This document shows positions 1 to 10,291 of a stretch of DNA of 64,000 nt, one piece after another. Where the stretch lies: contig CDROCS010002834.1 of assembly GCA_977020255.1 (NCBI GenBank), positions 496,001 through 560,000 of the forward strand, in the 5' to 3' direction. Below the pieces are notes generated by a model that was given only the letters and a program-made list of their open reading frames with translations, did not search any database and was not told where the DNA came from. The translations under genes and the position numbers were made by a program. Each line of letters opens with the position of its first letter. Within the stretch, counting starts at the first letter, position 1. The stretch is from Obrimoposthia wandeli (lineage: Eukaryota).

Positions 1-526
1 TTTGTAATATCCACGGCTGAAGTGGTAGATCCATAACCGTTGATAGCTCATCAATATGCAGATTTTGAACCCTTAACGGCCAGTCAGAATCCTGTGAGTC
101 AGCAGACAACTCAATCAGTTGTGAAGGCAGGGCAATAATGCCTGTAATTTTAAGCTCACCATGATGTTCAGGCAGTACAGGCAATTGTTCACGGTATTGC
201 GGAGCTGCAATCCAGCCGAGGTTGACTAAAAACCACCCATCATCCACTGCAAAAGGGTAGAGCAAATGATAACCAGGACGGCCTCGATAGAGCTGATTAT
301 CAAGCAGCACGGCTTTACTGTGTTCAAACTTGCCATGCAGGGTTAACCCATACCAACGGGGATCACTGGGTAAACTGGCAAGGCTGTAATAAACCTGCTC
401 ACTACGGCGCTCTAACGCAATACTCAATGCTTCTTTTTCTTGCGCACGCGACATTTGCCACAGACCCAACTTGACCAATGTCATCATTACCGCCAAAGTA
501 AAAAGTATGAAACCAATCCTTCGCAT
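1..526 (-). CDS. SURF1/Shy1 family cytochrome c oxidase biogenesis protein (3' part runs off the window)
   Basis: Not in ORF track. Hand translation from ATG at 526: MRRIGFILFTLAVMMTLVKLGLWQMSRAQEK...LLDNQLYRGRPGYHLLYPF...LVNLGWI, matching SURF1 motifs (LGxWQxxR, DNQ, G-Y, VNxGW); expected position after cox3/DUF2909. Confidence 0.9.
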   Translation of the reverse strand, partial: MRRIGFILFTLAVMMTLVKLGLWQMSRAQEKEALSIALERRSEQVYYSLASLPSDPRWYGLTLHGKFEHSKAVLLDNQLYRGRPGYHLLYPFAVDDGWFLVNLGWIAAPQYREQLPVLPEHHGELKITGIIALPSQLIELSADSQDSDWPLRVQNLHIDELSTVMDLPLQPWILQ

Positions 527-552
527 ACTTACCTTTCACCCTTGGAGACGCC

Positions 553-774
553 ATGCTCATTAAAGCCACCATCGTCTGCCTATTGATATTTATTGTGCTG
601 AATCTATTTCGGGCATTGCCTCTAATGCTTAAGAGCAAGAATGACTCGCAATCACCCCATAAACCGATGTCGCACTTCTTTGGTCGTCGTCTTCTTCTGT
701 CTATTTTTGTCTTTGCTCTATTATTACTGGCAATCGCCACGGGTATTATTGAACCGAACCCTCGCCCCTATTAA
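553..774 (+). CDS. DUF2909 family twin-transmembrane small protein of cox operons
   Basis: 73 aa, two hydrophobic helices, C-terminal G-x-I-x-P-N-P-x-P; sits divergently between SURF1 and cox3 as is typical. Confidence 0.8.
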   Translation: MLIKATIVCLLIFIVLNLFRALPLMLKSKNDSQSPHKPMSHFFGRRLLLSIFVFALLLLAIATGIIEPNPRPY

Positions 775-816
775 TTAATGAGCCAGTAATTAATGAGCCG
801 ATAATTAATGAGCCGA
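772..816. repeat. 15-bp tandem repeat x3 (TAATTAATGAGCC+AG/GA)
   Basis: Units at 772-786, 787-801, 802-816; first unit begins with the TAA stop of the DUF2909 gene. Confidence 0.9.
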
Positions 817-855
817 GCTTAATTACCAACAAGTAAATATTAGCTACAACACTTG

Positions 856-1773
856 CTATAAAATATAGACGAAAATAAATAGGCACAGCCAAACCACATC
901 AACAAAGTGCCAATACCAAGCCCCCGCTTGAAACGCAAAATGCTGATGGGGCGTAAAGTGTCCTTTCAAAATACGGCACCACACCACGAATAACATGATC
1001 GTACCTAAGGTTACATGTAGCCCATGAAAGCCGGTGAGTAAGAAGAATGTGTTGCCATATACCCCAGAATCAAGTTTTAAATCCATCTCTTGGTATGCAT
1101 GGATATACTCCACACCTTGCAAGTAAACGAACAAACTGCCGAGCAAAACGGTTAACAACAAAAATAAGGTCAAGCGTTTACGGTTGCCCTTTTCTAATGC
1201 CGTATGCGCAATATGCACCGTGACAGATGAAACTAATAAAATCATGGTGTTGTATAACGGTAAACCGATAGGCCCCATCGCTTGGGTTTCACTACCATCA
1301 GGGGTTCTAATCAGTGGCCATTGCGCGACAAATTCTGGCCACAACACCAAGTTCGTCATTTCATTATTACCCGCCCCACCCAGCCAAGGTACCGAGATCA
1401 TGCGGGCATAAAATAACACCCCAAAGAAGGCGAAGAAAAACATCACTTCAGAGAAAATGAACCAACTCATGCCTTGGCGAAACGAACGATCCATTTGTGA
1501 GCTATACAAGCCCCCCATCGACTCTTGGATCACATCTCGAAACCAACCCGTCAGCATAAAAAGAATTAAGCCAACCCCTGTCAGTAAAATCCACGGGCCT
1601 TGCCCATTAAACAAATTACCGACCGTTGCACCCGCCCCTAAAGCAATCAAAAAGAGAGCAATAGCACCGACAATCGGCCATATGCTGGCATCTGGCACAT
1701 AATAATGTTCATGGGGTTTATTCGCTGATTGCTCAGGAAGAGACTGTTCATGTTCACTGTAAGGATTAGACAT
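856..1773 (-). CDS. coxC: Cytochrome c oxidase subunit III
   Basis: Motifs WPIVGAIA, FIFSEVMFF, TGFHGLHV, WYWHFVDVVW. Confidence 0.97.
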   Translation of the reverse strand: MSNPYSEHEQSLPEQSANKPHEHYYVPDASIWPIVGAIALFLIALGAGATVGNLFNGQGPWILLTGVGLILFMLTGWFRDVIQESMGGLYSSQMDRSFRQGMSWFIFSEVMFFFAFFGVLFYARMISVPWLGGAGNNEMTNLVLWPEFVAQWPLIRTPDGSETQAMGPIGLPLYNTMILLVSSVTVHIAHTALEKGNRKRLTLFLLLTVLLGSLFVYLQGVEYIHAYQEMDLKLDSGVYGNTFFLLTGFHGLHVTLGTIMLFVVWCRILKGHFTPHQHFAFQAGAWYWHFVDVVWLCLFIFVYIL

Positions 1774-1792
1774 CTTTACAACCTCTTGTTCT

Positions 1793-2383
1793 TCATTGCG
1801 TTAGCGCTGTGCCCGTAGGCTGAGCGTCATATAAGGTATAAGCCAAAGTTAATGTATTTATATCTTCAGGTAGATCTGGGTCGATATAAAACACTAAGGG
1901 TAACTCTGCCGATTCACCCGCCTCTAAAGGCTGACGGTTAAAGCAAAAACATTCGATTTTATTAAAATAACGTGCAGCTAAGCCCGGAGAAACCGACGGC
2001 ACAGCCTGACCGATAGACGCCGTCGCCGTCAGGTTACGGGCAGCATATTTAATGGTTTTCGTTTCACCCGGATTAACCACAACGCGGGTAATTTGCGGTT
2101 CAAATGTCCACTGCATCCCCGGACTGATATAAGCCACAAACTCCACAGTTACCTTACGATCACTAACAATACGCTGACTCTGTTTCGTTGGCGTATTTGC
2201 CGTTTTACCGTTGATTCCCGTGAGATCACAAAACACGTCATAAAGCGGCACTAAGGCAAAAGCGAACCCAAACATGGCAACAGACATCAATATTAAAGAC
2301 CAAAAAGAACGCTTCTTACCTTGCTGCCTTGCATCTTGATCTGTACTGGATTTCTGCTCTGTTTTCTTTTCTGAGCTGCTCAT
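1793..2383 (-). CDS. ctaG: Cytochrome c oxidase assembly copper chaperone CtaG/Cox11
   Basis: VPLYDVFCDLTG and KIECFCF copper-binding motifs. Confidence 0.96.
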   Translation of the reverse strand: MSSSEKKTEQKSSTDQDARQQGKKRSFWSLILMSVAMFGFAFALVPLYDVFCDLTGINGKTANTPTKQSQRIVSDRKVTVEFVAYISPGMQWTFEPQITRVVVNPGETKTIKYAARNLTATASIGQAVPSVSPGLAARYFNKIECFCFNRQPLEAGESAELPLVFYIDPDLPEDINTLTLAYTLYDAQPTGTALTQ

Positions 2384-2438
2384 AACGTATCCCTGCGAAG
2401 GTCATCGACAGATATAATCAATGAAGCGAATAAAGGGG

Positions 2439-4103
2439 TTAATCAATTTTTGGTGGCGTCGAGAAGGTATGATGAGGCGCAGGTGAAGCGACCGTCCATT
2501 CCAACCCTTCAGCCCCTTCCCATGGTTTTGCTGCTGCTGACTCACCACCGCGAATACACTTAATCACGACGGCCAAGAAAATCAGTTGAGATAAACCAAA
2601 CATAAAGCCGCCAATACTGACCACCGCATTCACATCGGCAAATTGTAGGGCATAATCAGGAATTCGACGCGGCATACCCGCAAGCCCAAGAAAATGCATC
2701 GGGAAAAATAAAATATTCACTGAGACGACAGAGCACCAAAAGTGCCATTTAGCTAGCCGTTCATCGAACATATATCCCGTCCATTTCGGCATCCAATAAT
2801 ACGCCGCAGCCATAATGGAAAAAATGGCCCCCGACACCAAAACATAATGGAAATGCGCGACCACAAAGTAAGTATCATGATATTGAAAATCAGCAGGAGT
2901 AATGGCCAACATCAGCCCAGAAAACCCGCCAATGGTGAACAAAACAATAAAGGCGATAGCAAATAACATCGGCACTTCAAAAGTCAACGAGCCTCGCCAC
3001 ATCGTCGCCACCCAGTTAAAGACTTTCACCCCAGTAGGCACCGAGATCAACATGGTGCAATACATAAAGAACAGCTCAGCCGCCACGGGCATACCCGTGG
3101 TAAACATGTGGTGTGCCCACACCAGAAAACTGAGCCCAGCAATCGATGCGGTTGCATACACCATCGAGCTATAACCAAAGAGTTTTTTACGCGAAAACGC
3201 AGGAATAATGGCCGAAATGATACCGAAACTCGGCAGAATCATAATGTAAACTTCGGGATGACCAAAGAACCAGAAGATATGCTGGAACATCACCGGATCG
3301 CCGCCACCCGCCGCATTAAAGAAACTCGTCCCGAAATATTTATCAGTCAGTACCATGGTAACGGCACCTGCCAGCACGGGCATAACGGCAATTAACAAGA
3401 AAGCGGTGATCAGCCAAGTCCATACGAACAAAGGCATTTTCATGTAGGTCATACCCGGTGCACGTAAGTTAACAATGGTTACAATCACATTGATCGCCCC
3501 CATAATCGAACTTATCCCCATGATATGAATAGAAAAAACAAATAACCCCGTACTGGCAGGGCTATACATGGTCGACAGCGGCGCGTAGAACGTCCAACCG
3601 AAATTAGGTCCGCCCCCTTCCATAAATAGCGACGATAGCAACAAGGTAAACGCAAACGGTAGAATCCAGAAACTCCAGTTATTCATTCTTGGTAACGCCA
3701 TATCTGGCGCACCAATCATCATTGGAATCATCCAGTTAGCCAGCCCTGTAAACGCCGGCATGACCGCACCAAAGACCATGATCAAGCCATGGACTGTGGT
3801 CATTTGATTAAAGAAATTGGGTTCGACTAACTGTAATCCGGGCTGAAATAATTCTGCTCGGATCACCATTGCCATCGCACCGCCAGTTAAAAACATGGCA
3901 AAACTGAAGATTAAATATAACGAACCAATATCTTTATGATTAGTCGTAAATAGCCAGCGTTTTAAACCGGTTGGTTGATGATCATGATGTGAACTGTGAT
4001 CGTCTGAAAAACTGTTCTTTAACGCGTCGTCTTTTAAGATACTGCTGTTTGAGTCACTGCCTTCAACGTCAGTTTTAGCGTCTTCTCGTAACATATCCGT
4101 CAT
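2439..4103 (-). CDS. coxA: Cytochrome c oxidase subunit I (type A1 heme-copper oxidase)
   Basis: TNHKDIG, FGHPEVY, WAHH, VAHFHY, GMPRR motifs. Confidence 0.98.
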   Translation of the reverse strand: MTDMLREDAKTDVEGSDSNSSILKDDALKNSFSDDHSSHHDHQPTGLKRWLFTTNHKDIGSLYLIFSFAMFLTGGAMAMVIRAELFQPGLQLVEPNFFNQMTTVHGLIMVFGAVMPAFTGLANWMIPMMIGAPDMALPRMNNWSFWILPFAFTLLLSSLFMEGGGPNFGWTFYAPLSTMYSPASTGLFVFSIHIMGISSIMGAINVIVTIVNLRAPGMTYMKMPLFVWTWLITAFLLIAVMPVLAGAVTMVLTDKYFGTSFFNAAGGGDPVMFQHIFWFFGHPEVYIMILPSFGIISAIIPAFSRKKLFGYSSMVYATASIAGLSFLVWAHHMFTTGMPVAAELFFMYCTMLISVPTGVKVFNWVATMWRGSLTFEVPMLFAIAFIVLFTIGGFSGLMLAITPADFQYHDTYFVVAHFHYVLVSGAIFSIMAAAYYWMPKWTGYMFDERLAKWHFWCSVVSVNILFFPMHFLGLAGMPRRIPDYALQFADVNAVVSIGGFMFGLSQLIFLAVVIKCIRGGESAAAKPWEGAEGLEWTVASPAPHHTFSTPPKID

Positions 4104-4117
4104 TGTCTGTTGCTCCC

Positions 4118-5266
4118 TTAAAGCTCTTTGCCGTTGAGCACAGCCTGCACTTCTGCAGCTTGTACGGTTTCGCCCGTATCATTACCCCATGCATTACGCT
4201 CATAGGTAATAACAGCCGCTAATTCTTTCAGGCTTAACTGAGGCCCGAATGCCTGCATCGCGGTTCCTTTGCGACCATGAACAACCACACTGATATGCTC
4301 TAATTTTTTAGCCGGATCAATCGAAACCCCTTGCCCAGCCAGAGCAGGGAATGCACCAGGAATACCAGCCCCTGTTGGTTGATGACACATAGAACAACGC
4401 GCGAGATAGGTTTTTTCACCCAACGCCATAAGCTCTTCCATCGGCATTTGCATCGACAATAAATGTTGCTCTTCTTCATACGCTGCTTGTTGGGTGGCTT
4501 TGGTGGCTGTTAGCCAGCTATCGTAATCATCCTGAGACTTGGCAATCACCACAATGGGCATGAAACCGTGGTCTTTCCCACACAACTCGGCACATTGCCC
4601 ACGATAAATGCCGGGCTTATCGATACGTGTCCACGCTTCATTAATAAAGCCAGGGTTGGCATCTTTTTTTACTGCAAATGCAGGCACCCACCAAGAATGG
4701 ATGACATCTTGTGAGGTAATAAGAAACCGAATTTTTTTACCAATAGGCAAGACTAGAGGGCGGTCTACTTCAAGTAAGTAGTTTTCACGCTTCTCTCGCT
4801 CGTTCTCAATTTCCGCAGAAGAGGTGGCCAACAGTGAGTAAAAATCGACATCTTCATTGAAGTAGTTGTAATGCCATTTCCATTGAGAACCCGTAACTTG
4901 AATGGTGATATCCGATTCTGACGTGTCTTCCATTGCCAACAAAGTGGTTGTCGCAGGAATCGCCATGGCGATGAGAATAACGAAGGGAATGATGGTCCAG
5001 AGAATTTCGACTTTAGTACTTTCATGAAACGAGGCCGCGACCGCACCACGCGATTTCCGATGATGGATAATAGCCCAAAACATGATGCCAAAAACAATAA
5101 TACCAATGACCACACAAATATAAAAAATGGTCATGTGCAGGTCATAGACTTGCTGGCTAACCCGAGTTACCCCTTGAGTCATATTTAGCGGCATACTTTT
5201 CGTTTCGGCAGCCACAGGGAATGCCAAAACACTTAACAACAATACGCTGATCAGTCGACGAATCAT
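4118..5266 (-). CDS. coxB: Cytochrome c oxidase subunit II with fused C-terminal cytochrome c domain
   Basis: CuA motif HSWW...CAELCGKDHGFM plus heme motif CSMCH; start placed at MIRRL (5266) after GGAG-rich RBS. Confidence 0.96.
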   Translation of the reverse strand: MIRRLISVLLLSVLAFPVAAETKSMPLNMTQGVTRVSQQVYDLHMTIFYICVVIGIIVFGIMFWAIIHHRKSRGAVAASFHESTKVEILWTIIPFVILIAMAIPATTTLLAMEDTSESDITIQVTGSQWKWHYNYFNEDVDFYSLLATSSAEIENEREKRENYLLEVDRPLVLPIGKKIRFLITSQDVIHSWWVPAFAVKKDANPGFINEAWTRIDKPGIYRGQCAELCGKDHGFMPIVVIAKSQDDYDSWLTATKATQQAAYEEEQHLLSMQMPMEELMALGEKTYLARCSMCHQPTGAGIPGAFPALAGQGVSIDPAKKLEHISVVVHGRKGTAMQAFGPQLSLKELAAVITYERNAWGNDTGETVQAAEVQAVLNGKEL

Positions 5267-5517
5267 CTTCCTGACCTCTCCTTTTGTCATCCTGACATTC
5301 ATCAAGAACTGTTCAATGAAAACACGAGGTTATAGCAAAAACCAGTCTGTTTACGCGTAGCGCTCAGACCTTGGTTAACACTTTGTTTACATTTAACTTA
5401 GGACAAAACAGAAGAAATGAGCAAAGAAATACTAATAAAAAATTAATCAGGCATGCAGGTAGAAAAACTAGATGCGCAATCAGTAACAAAAGGAAGTATG
5501 ACGCTAAAATTCACGAT

Positions 5518-6327
5518 CTAGAAGCGTATGTGCACCAAGATGGGTGTAACTCGGTATTTCAAACTTGGCATTCTTGCGATCCAACGCTGCCAAGATCGCC
5601 AACGTGGACAATCATGATCTAGCGGACTATAGCGACTGATTAATTCTGCCCATGGCAACCAATTCAATACTTGTTGAGCTGGGTCTTTAAACCCGTGACT
5701 ATATTGTTCAGCCCCCATCTTTTTAGCTAATGCAGAATCACAACGATCGCCCGCCAGAACTAAACAGGCTTCTATTTGGCTAAAGTGGCAGCCAATGCGC
5801 TGAATAAAAGTGGCTAACTCTTTGCTTTCACATTTCAATAGTGCTTGATCACACAACAATAAAACGGGGGTATTTTTCTGAGTAGGCAATGACGCTAACC
5901 ATGATAAATCGGTGACAGATCCACGTTGCATGGTATACCGATCACTGCGATGAAAAAGCCGTTCACGCCATAAGAGGTTCTCATCCGTATCTAATTCAAA
6001 CCAACGACAACGGCCATTATCTAAACGATAAAAACGGGTATCAAGCCCCGCCCCAACATTGATAATAAAACCATTGGGATGACGGCGAAGAAATTTCAAG
6101 ACGTGTTTATCACACTGTAAGGTAAGCGTGGCATGCAGTAATTGACGTTCAGAAACATTGCCAGCCAGACAATCAGGCACAAGATGGCACTGACTACACG
6201 CAGCAGCGGCGATGGGATCATAAATAAGTCCATCATCAGCCAAACTTTCTCGGCTTCTAAGCCATAATGGCTGCAGCAATTCAGAAGGTATGCGGTATCG
6301 AGAGGAATTAACCATTATCATCTCCAT
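5518..6327 (-). CDS. Class I SAM-dependent O-methyltransferase (LCM/TcmP-like)
   Basis: PLWLRSRES, D-P-I-A and NVGAGLDTRFYRL motifs. Confidence 0.85.
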   Translation of the reverse strand: MEMIMVNSSRYRIPSELLQPLWLRSRESLADDGLIYDPIAAAACSQCHLVPDCLAGNVSERQLLHATLTLQCDKHVLKFLRRHPNGFIINVGAGLDTRFYRLDNGRCRWFELDTDENLLWRERLFHRSDRYTMQRGSVTDLSWLASLPTQKNTPVLLLCDQALLKCESKELATFIQRIGCHFSQIEACLVLAGDRCDSALAKKMGAEQYSHGFKDPAQQVLNWLPWAELISRYSPLDHDCPRWRSWQRWIARMPSLKYRVTPILVHIRF

Positions 6328-6343
6328 GTGATATGAATTAGAT

Positions 6344-6362
6344 GATAATGACTATCATTAAG
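6344..6362. promoter_or_regulatory. Fur box upstream of the methyltransferase
   Basis: GATAATGACTATCATTAAG matches 15/19 of GATAATGATAATCATTATC, 16 bp before the start codon. Confidence 0.7.
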
Positions 6363-6426
6363 TTTTGCAAAGTATTCTCGATACTAATGCAAAACATAAT
6401 GATTAATTAACATTTACAAGGATCGA

Positions 6427-7044
6427 TTACATCCAGTCAGCAGTACGAATAACACCAACAGCAATGCCTTCAATCGTCAATTGCTGATGAGTAAGATCAA
6501 CAACAATCGGAGCAAAATCTTCATTTTCAGCATGCAACAAAACTTGCGAGCCTTGCTTATCAAGTCGTTTTACTGTTACATCATCATCAACACGAGCAAC
6601 AACCACTTGCCCATTATGAACATCTTGAGTTTTATGCACAGCAAGTAAATCACCATCCATAATACCGATGTCTTTCATGCTCATGCCATTTACCCGCAAT
6701 AAGAAATCAGCGCGGGGTTTAAATAAGGCAGGATCAACTTCATAATGCGTTTCAACATGCTCTTGAGCCAAAATAGGTTCACCAGCCGCAACACGACCAA
6801 TTAATGGTAAGCCTTTTTCTTCGACTTCATCATGACGTAATACACGAATACCTCGTGATGCACCCGGCACAATTTCAATCACTTCTTTACGTGCCAAAGC
6901 TTTTAAATGTTCTTCAGCAGCATTCGCTGAACGGAATCCCAATTCACGAGCGATCTCAGCACGTGTTGGCGGCATCCCACTATCTTCGATTTTTGCTTTG
7001 ATCAAATCAAAGACTTCTTGTTGGCGCGGCGTTAACGGCTTCAT
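6427..7044 (-). CDS. lexA: SOS repressor LexA
   Basis: [11 protein letters not shown], Ala-Gly cleavage site (VAAGEP), GMSM catalytic Ser, TVKR catalytic Lys. Confidence 0.99.
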   Translation of the reverse strand: MKPLTPRQQEVFDLIKAKIEDSGMPPTRAEIARELGFRSANAAEEHLKALARKEVIEIVPGASRGIRVLRHDEVEEKGLPLIGRVAAGEPILAQEHVETHYEVDPALFKPRADFLLRVNGMSMKDIGIMDGDLLAVHKTQDVHNGQVVVARVDDDVTVKRLDKQGSQVLLHAENEDFAPIVVDLTHQQLTIEGIAVGVIRTADWM

Positions 7045-7052
7045 GATTCACC

Positions 7053-7088
7053 CTGTTTGTTTATACAGTCTACTGTGAGTATATCCAG
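7053..7088. promoter_or_regulatory. Two tandem LexA (SOS) boxes
   Basis: CTGTTTGTTTATACAG (7053-7068) and CTGTGAGTATATCCAG (7073-7088), both CTG-N10-CAG, directly upstream of lexA. Confidence 0.92.
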
Positions 7089-7378
7089 TGTTTACAGGCT
7101 TGAAAAGACAATTGTTCACGAAAAGACCAATCTGCATAGAAAGCAATATGAACAATACAGTAAAAGCATTTGAATTCACGCAAGCATTTGATTCATTAAC
7201 ATGGTTAGAATGTAAAAATTAGCCGCACTCAAGCAAAGATTATCAATGAAATATTAAATAGAATAAAAGATTATTCAAAATCATAATTTGATATCAATAT
7301 CTTGCATTTTCGCTGCATGAAAGCAGCCATTTTCTGCTATCCTTGCCTCGCATTAAGAATTCGAGGCTAGTAAAAGAT

Positions 7379-9808
7379 ATGTCAAGTTGGCAGAAAATCT
7401 ATCAAAAATTATTGAATTTGCCGCTTTCCGTGTTGGTTAAGACCAATTCAATTCCATCCGATCCCGTTACAGATTTAGAATTAGATATCGAACGACCAAT
7501 CGTTTATATCTTACCTTTCCGTTCAAATACGGATCTAATGACACTGCGTAGCAGCACCCAAGAGCTTGGTCTACCCGACCCACTGACACCACTTGAAATT
7601 GGTGATCAAAAATTCTCACGGTATGTTTTCGTGGCAAACGGTCCAAGTATTTTTGGTACCGATCGAGAATTACCGAAAGAATCACTCCAGTTATTCACCA
7701 GTTTACTTGAGCAGCATAAGCAAGATTCTGAGCTCGATATCCAGCTCATTCCGGCCTCTATTTTATGGGGACGAAAACCCGGTAAAGAAAGCCACAGAGG
7801 GCCAGTACTACGCCCGCTCAATGGGCCTGAGAAATTTACCGCTATTTTGGGGCACGGACGTGATTGTTTAGTGCGTTTAAGCACGCCTGTATCGTTGCGT
7901 TATATGGCTGAACATCACGGTACTGATGACGCAATCGCGCAAAAATTAGCACGGGTGGCAAAGATTCATTTCTCTCGCCAACAGATTGCGGCCTCAGGCC
8001 CTCGTTTGCCCGATCGCCAAGCCTTATTCAAGCGCCTACTGGCATCTAAGGCAATCGACAAAGTTGTTCGAGAAGAAGCTGAAAGCCGTGATGTACCGGT
8101 AGAAAAGGTCCGTAAAGAAGCCATCGACATGATGGAAGAAATTGCGGCTAACTTCTCTTATTCACTGATTAAAAATGCCGAACGTTTTCTCGGTTGGTTA
8201 TGGAATAAGCTCTATCAAGGGTTAAATATTCACAACGCTCAGCGAGTACGTAAGCTGGCGCAAGATGGTCATGAGATCGTATATGTTCCGTGTCATCGTA
8301 GCCACATGGATTATCTGCTTTTATCTTACGTTTTGTATAAAGAAGGCTTAGTACCGCCACACATTGCTGCGGGTATTAACCTGAACTTCTTCCCTGCGGG
8401 ACCAATTTTCCGCCGCGGTGGTGGCTTCTTCATTCGTCGTAGTTTTAAAGGTAACCGCCTATATTCAACGGTTTTCCGTGAGTATTTAGCAGAGCTTTTT
8501 GCGAAAGGCTATTCCGTCGAATATTTCAGTGAAGGTGGACGCTCACGTACTGGACGTTTATTACCGGCGAAAACGGGTATGCTTTCAATGACAATTCAAG
8601 CGATGTTACGAGGCCTAAATCGCCCTGTTACATTGGTGCCGGTCTATATCGGTTATGAACACGTTATGGAAGTCGGTACTTACGCGAAAGAGCTACAAGG
8701 CAAGCGCAAAGAAAAAGAAAATCTGGGTCAGATTTTGCGGACGTTACGTAAACTGCGTAATTTTGGGCAAGGTTATGTGAATTTCGGTGAGCCTATCCCG
8801 CTGAATCAATACCTAAATGATAACGTGCCAACATGGCATAATGACATTAACCCAATCGAACCACAAAAACCAAGCTGGCTAAATCCAGTGGTGAACGATC
8901 TTGCCGTTAAAATGATGACACACATTAATGATGCCGCTGCGACGAATGCCCTCACATTGTGTGCGTTAGCATTATTGTCATCTCGTCAGCGCGCACTTAG
9001 CCGTGAAGAACTCGAACAACAGATTGATAGTTACCTGCAAATTCTGCGTAACGCATCCTATTCGTCACAATGTACGATGCCAGACGAAGATGCAAAAACC
9101 TTGGTTGAACATGCACTAGACCTCGACAAGTTCATTGTAGAGCGTGATGGTTTAGGTGAAGTTATTTCGCTCGATCGTCAACAATCTATTTTGATGACTT
9201 ACTACCGTAATAACATTATTCACTTATTTGCGTTGCCGTCTTTGATTGCACATATCATCGTTCAGCATCAGAGCTTATCCAAAGATAATATTTATGAACA
9301 AGTGCAGTTACTGTATCCATTCTTAAAAGCAGAGTTATTCTTACGCTTTGAGAAAGACGAACTGAATACAGTGATTGATTCCATCATTAAAGAACTGGTC
9401 CGTCAGCGTTTATTATTAAGTGATGGTGACATTATCTCGATGAATAATGCCCGTATTGGGCCGCTACAGTTATTAGCCCGTACGATCACTGAAACGTTGC
9501 AACGCTATACCATCACATTAACGCTACTGCATGCAGAACCTCAAATGATGAAGAGTGATTTAGAGCAGCAAAGCCAAATGATGGCACAACGTTTAAGTCG
9601 CTTACACGGGATTAATGCACCAGAGTTTTTCGACAAAGGTGTCTTCGCGATATTAGTGAAAACGCTACGCAAAGAAGGTTACCTCAATGATGAATGTCAT
9701 GCGGTGTCTCGCCAAGTAGAAAACCTTGTCGATCAATTAACTGCATTGGTTTCACCTGAAGTGAAATTAACCATTCAAGCGGTAATGAATCGCGATGAAA
9801 AAGCGTAA
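7379..9808 (+). CDS. plsB: Glycerol-3-phosphate 1-O-acyltransferase
   Basis: [23 protein letters not shown] motifs; divergent from lexA as in gammaproteobacteria; start at MSSWQK. Confidence 0.98.
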   Translation: MSSWQKIYQKLLNLPLSVLVKTNSIPSDPVTDLELDIERPIVYILPFRSNTDLMTLRSSTQELGLPDPLTPLEIGDQKFSRYVFVANGPSIFGTDRELPKESLQLFTSLLEQHKQDSELDIQLIPASILWGRKPGKESHRGPVLRPLNGPEKFTAILGHGRDCLVRLSTPVSLRYMAEHHGTDDAIAQKLARVAKIHFSRQQIAASGPRLPDRQALFKRLLASKAIDKVVREEAESRDVPVEKVRKEAIDMMEEIAANFSYSLIKNAERFLGWLWNKLYQGLNIHNAQRVRKLAQDGHEIVYVPCHRSHMDYLLLSYVLYKEGLVPPHIAAGINLNFFPAGPIFRRGGGFFIRRSFKGNRLYSTVFREYLAELFAKGYSVEYFSEGGRSRTGRLLPAKTGMLSMTIQAMLRGLNRPVTLVPVYIGYEHVMEVGTYAKELQGKRKEKENLGQILRTLRKLRNFGQGYVNFGEPIPLNQYLNDNVPTWHNDINPIEPQKPSWLNPVVNDLAVKMMTHINDAAATNALTLCALALLSSRQRALSREELEQQIDSYLQILRNASYSSQCTMPDEDAKTLVEHALDLDKFIVERDGLGEVISLDRQQSILMTYYRNNIIHLFALPSLIAHIIVQHQSLSKDNIYEQVQLLYPFLKAELFLRFEKDELNTVIDSIIKELVRQRLLLSDGDIISMNNARIGPLQLLARTITETLQRYTITLTLLHAEPQMMKSDLEQQSQMMAQRLSRLHGINAPEFFDKGVFAILVKTLRKEGYLNDECHAVSRQVENLVDQLTALVSPEVKLTIQAVMNRDEKA

Positions 9809-9848
9809 TTCAATTTAGTGTTAATACACTGAGATACACCTTTAAACG

Positions 9849-9873
9849 AAAAGCTGGCATTGCCAGCTTTTTT
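9849..9873. terminator. Intrinsic terminator after plsB (potentially bidirectional)
   Basis: AAAAGCTGGC-ATT-GCCAGCTTTTTT. Confidence 0.85.
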
Positions 9874-10245
9874 ATTGCCTGCAATTTATCTTAATCATTT
9901 TATAAGCTTTCGGGTTATGGGGTTCCCAGTAGTCCTAAACATGTACATCAGCCCCGATAACGTACTAGCGACTAGCTGGCAACCGCCGTATTCATTATGA
10001 TACGTCTAAAAACGCAAGCTTTTAGGTTACTGGTATATAAAACCTCTAAAGCTGTACCATTTTATTGGTCTCGCTAAAAACCAGCCTACACCCCAGAGCT
10101 GATAGGCTTCAGCTAAGTTAATGATTCATTAATGCAATGTCCGTTTAATAATAAGAAATAAGCATTTCTTAGTTTGATGGTGTTTTTAAATTAAAAAGCT
10201 GTACAGCCGCTGTAACAATGACGATTTACACAAATCACAGACAAT

Positions 10246-10272
10246 AAAAAAGCACCTTGTAGGTGCTTTTTT
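10246..10272. terminator. Intrinsic terminator after ubiA
   Basis: AAAAAAGCACCT-TGT-AGGTGCTTTTTT. Confidence 0.85.
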
Positions 10273-10291
10273 ATATCGTTCAACATTTTAT

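Noticed and set aside
402-740. 112-aa minus-strand ORF from the track
   Set aside because: Shadow frame overlapping the real SURF1 and antisense to DUF2909; no recognisable motifs
772-816. CRISPR array (also 19565, 26100, 32252 repeats)
   Set aside because: Units of 10-20 bp with no unique spacers and no cas genes
7112-7135. FadR operator upstream of plsB
   Set aside because: Only one half-site (GACCAAT) matches AACTGGTCNGACCAGTT
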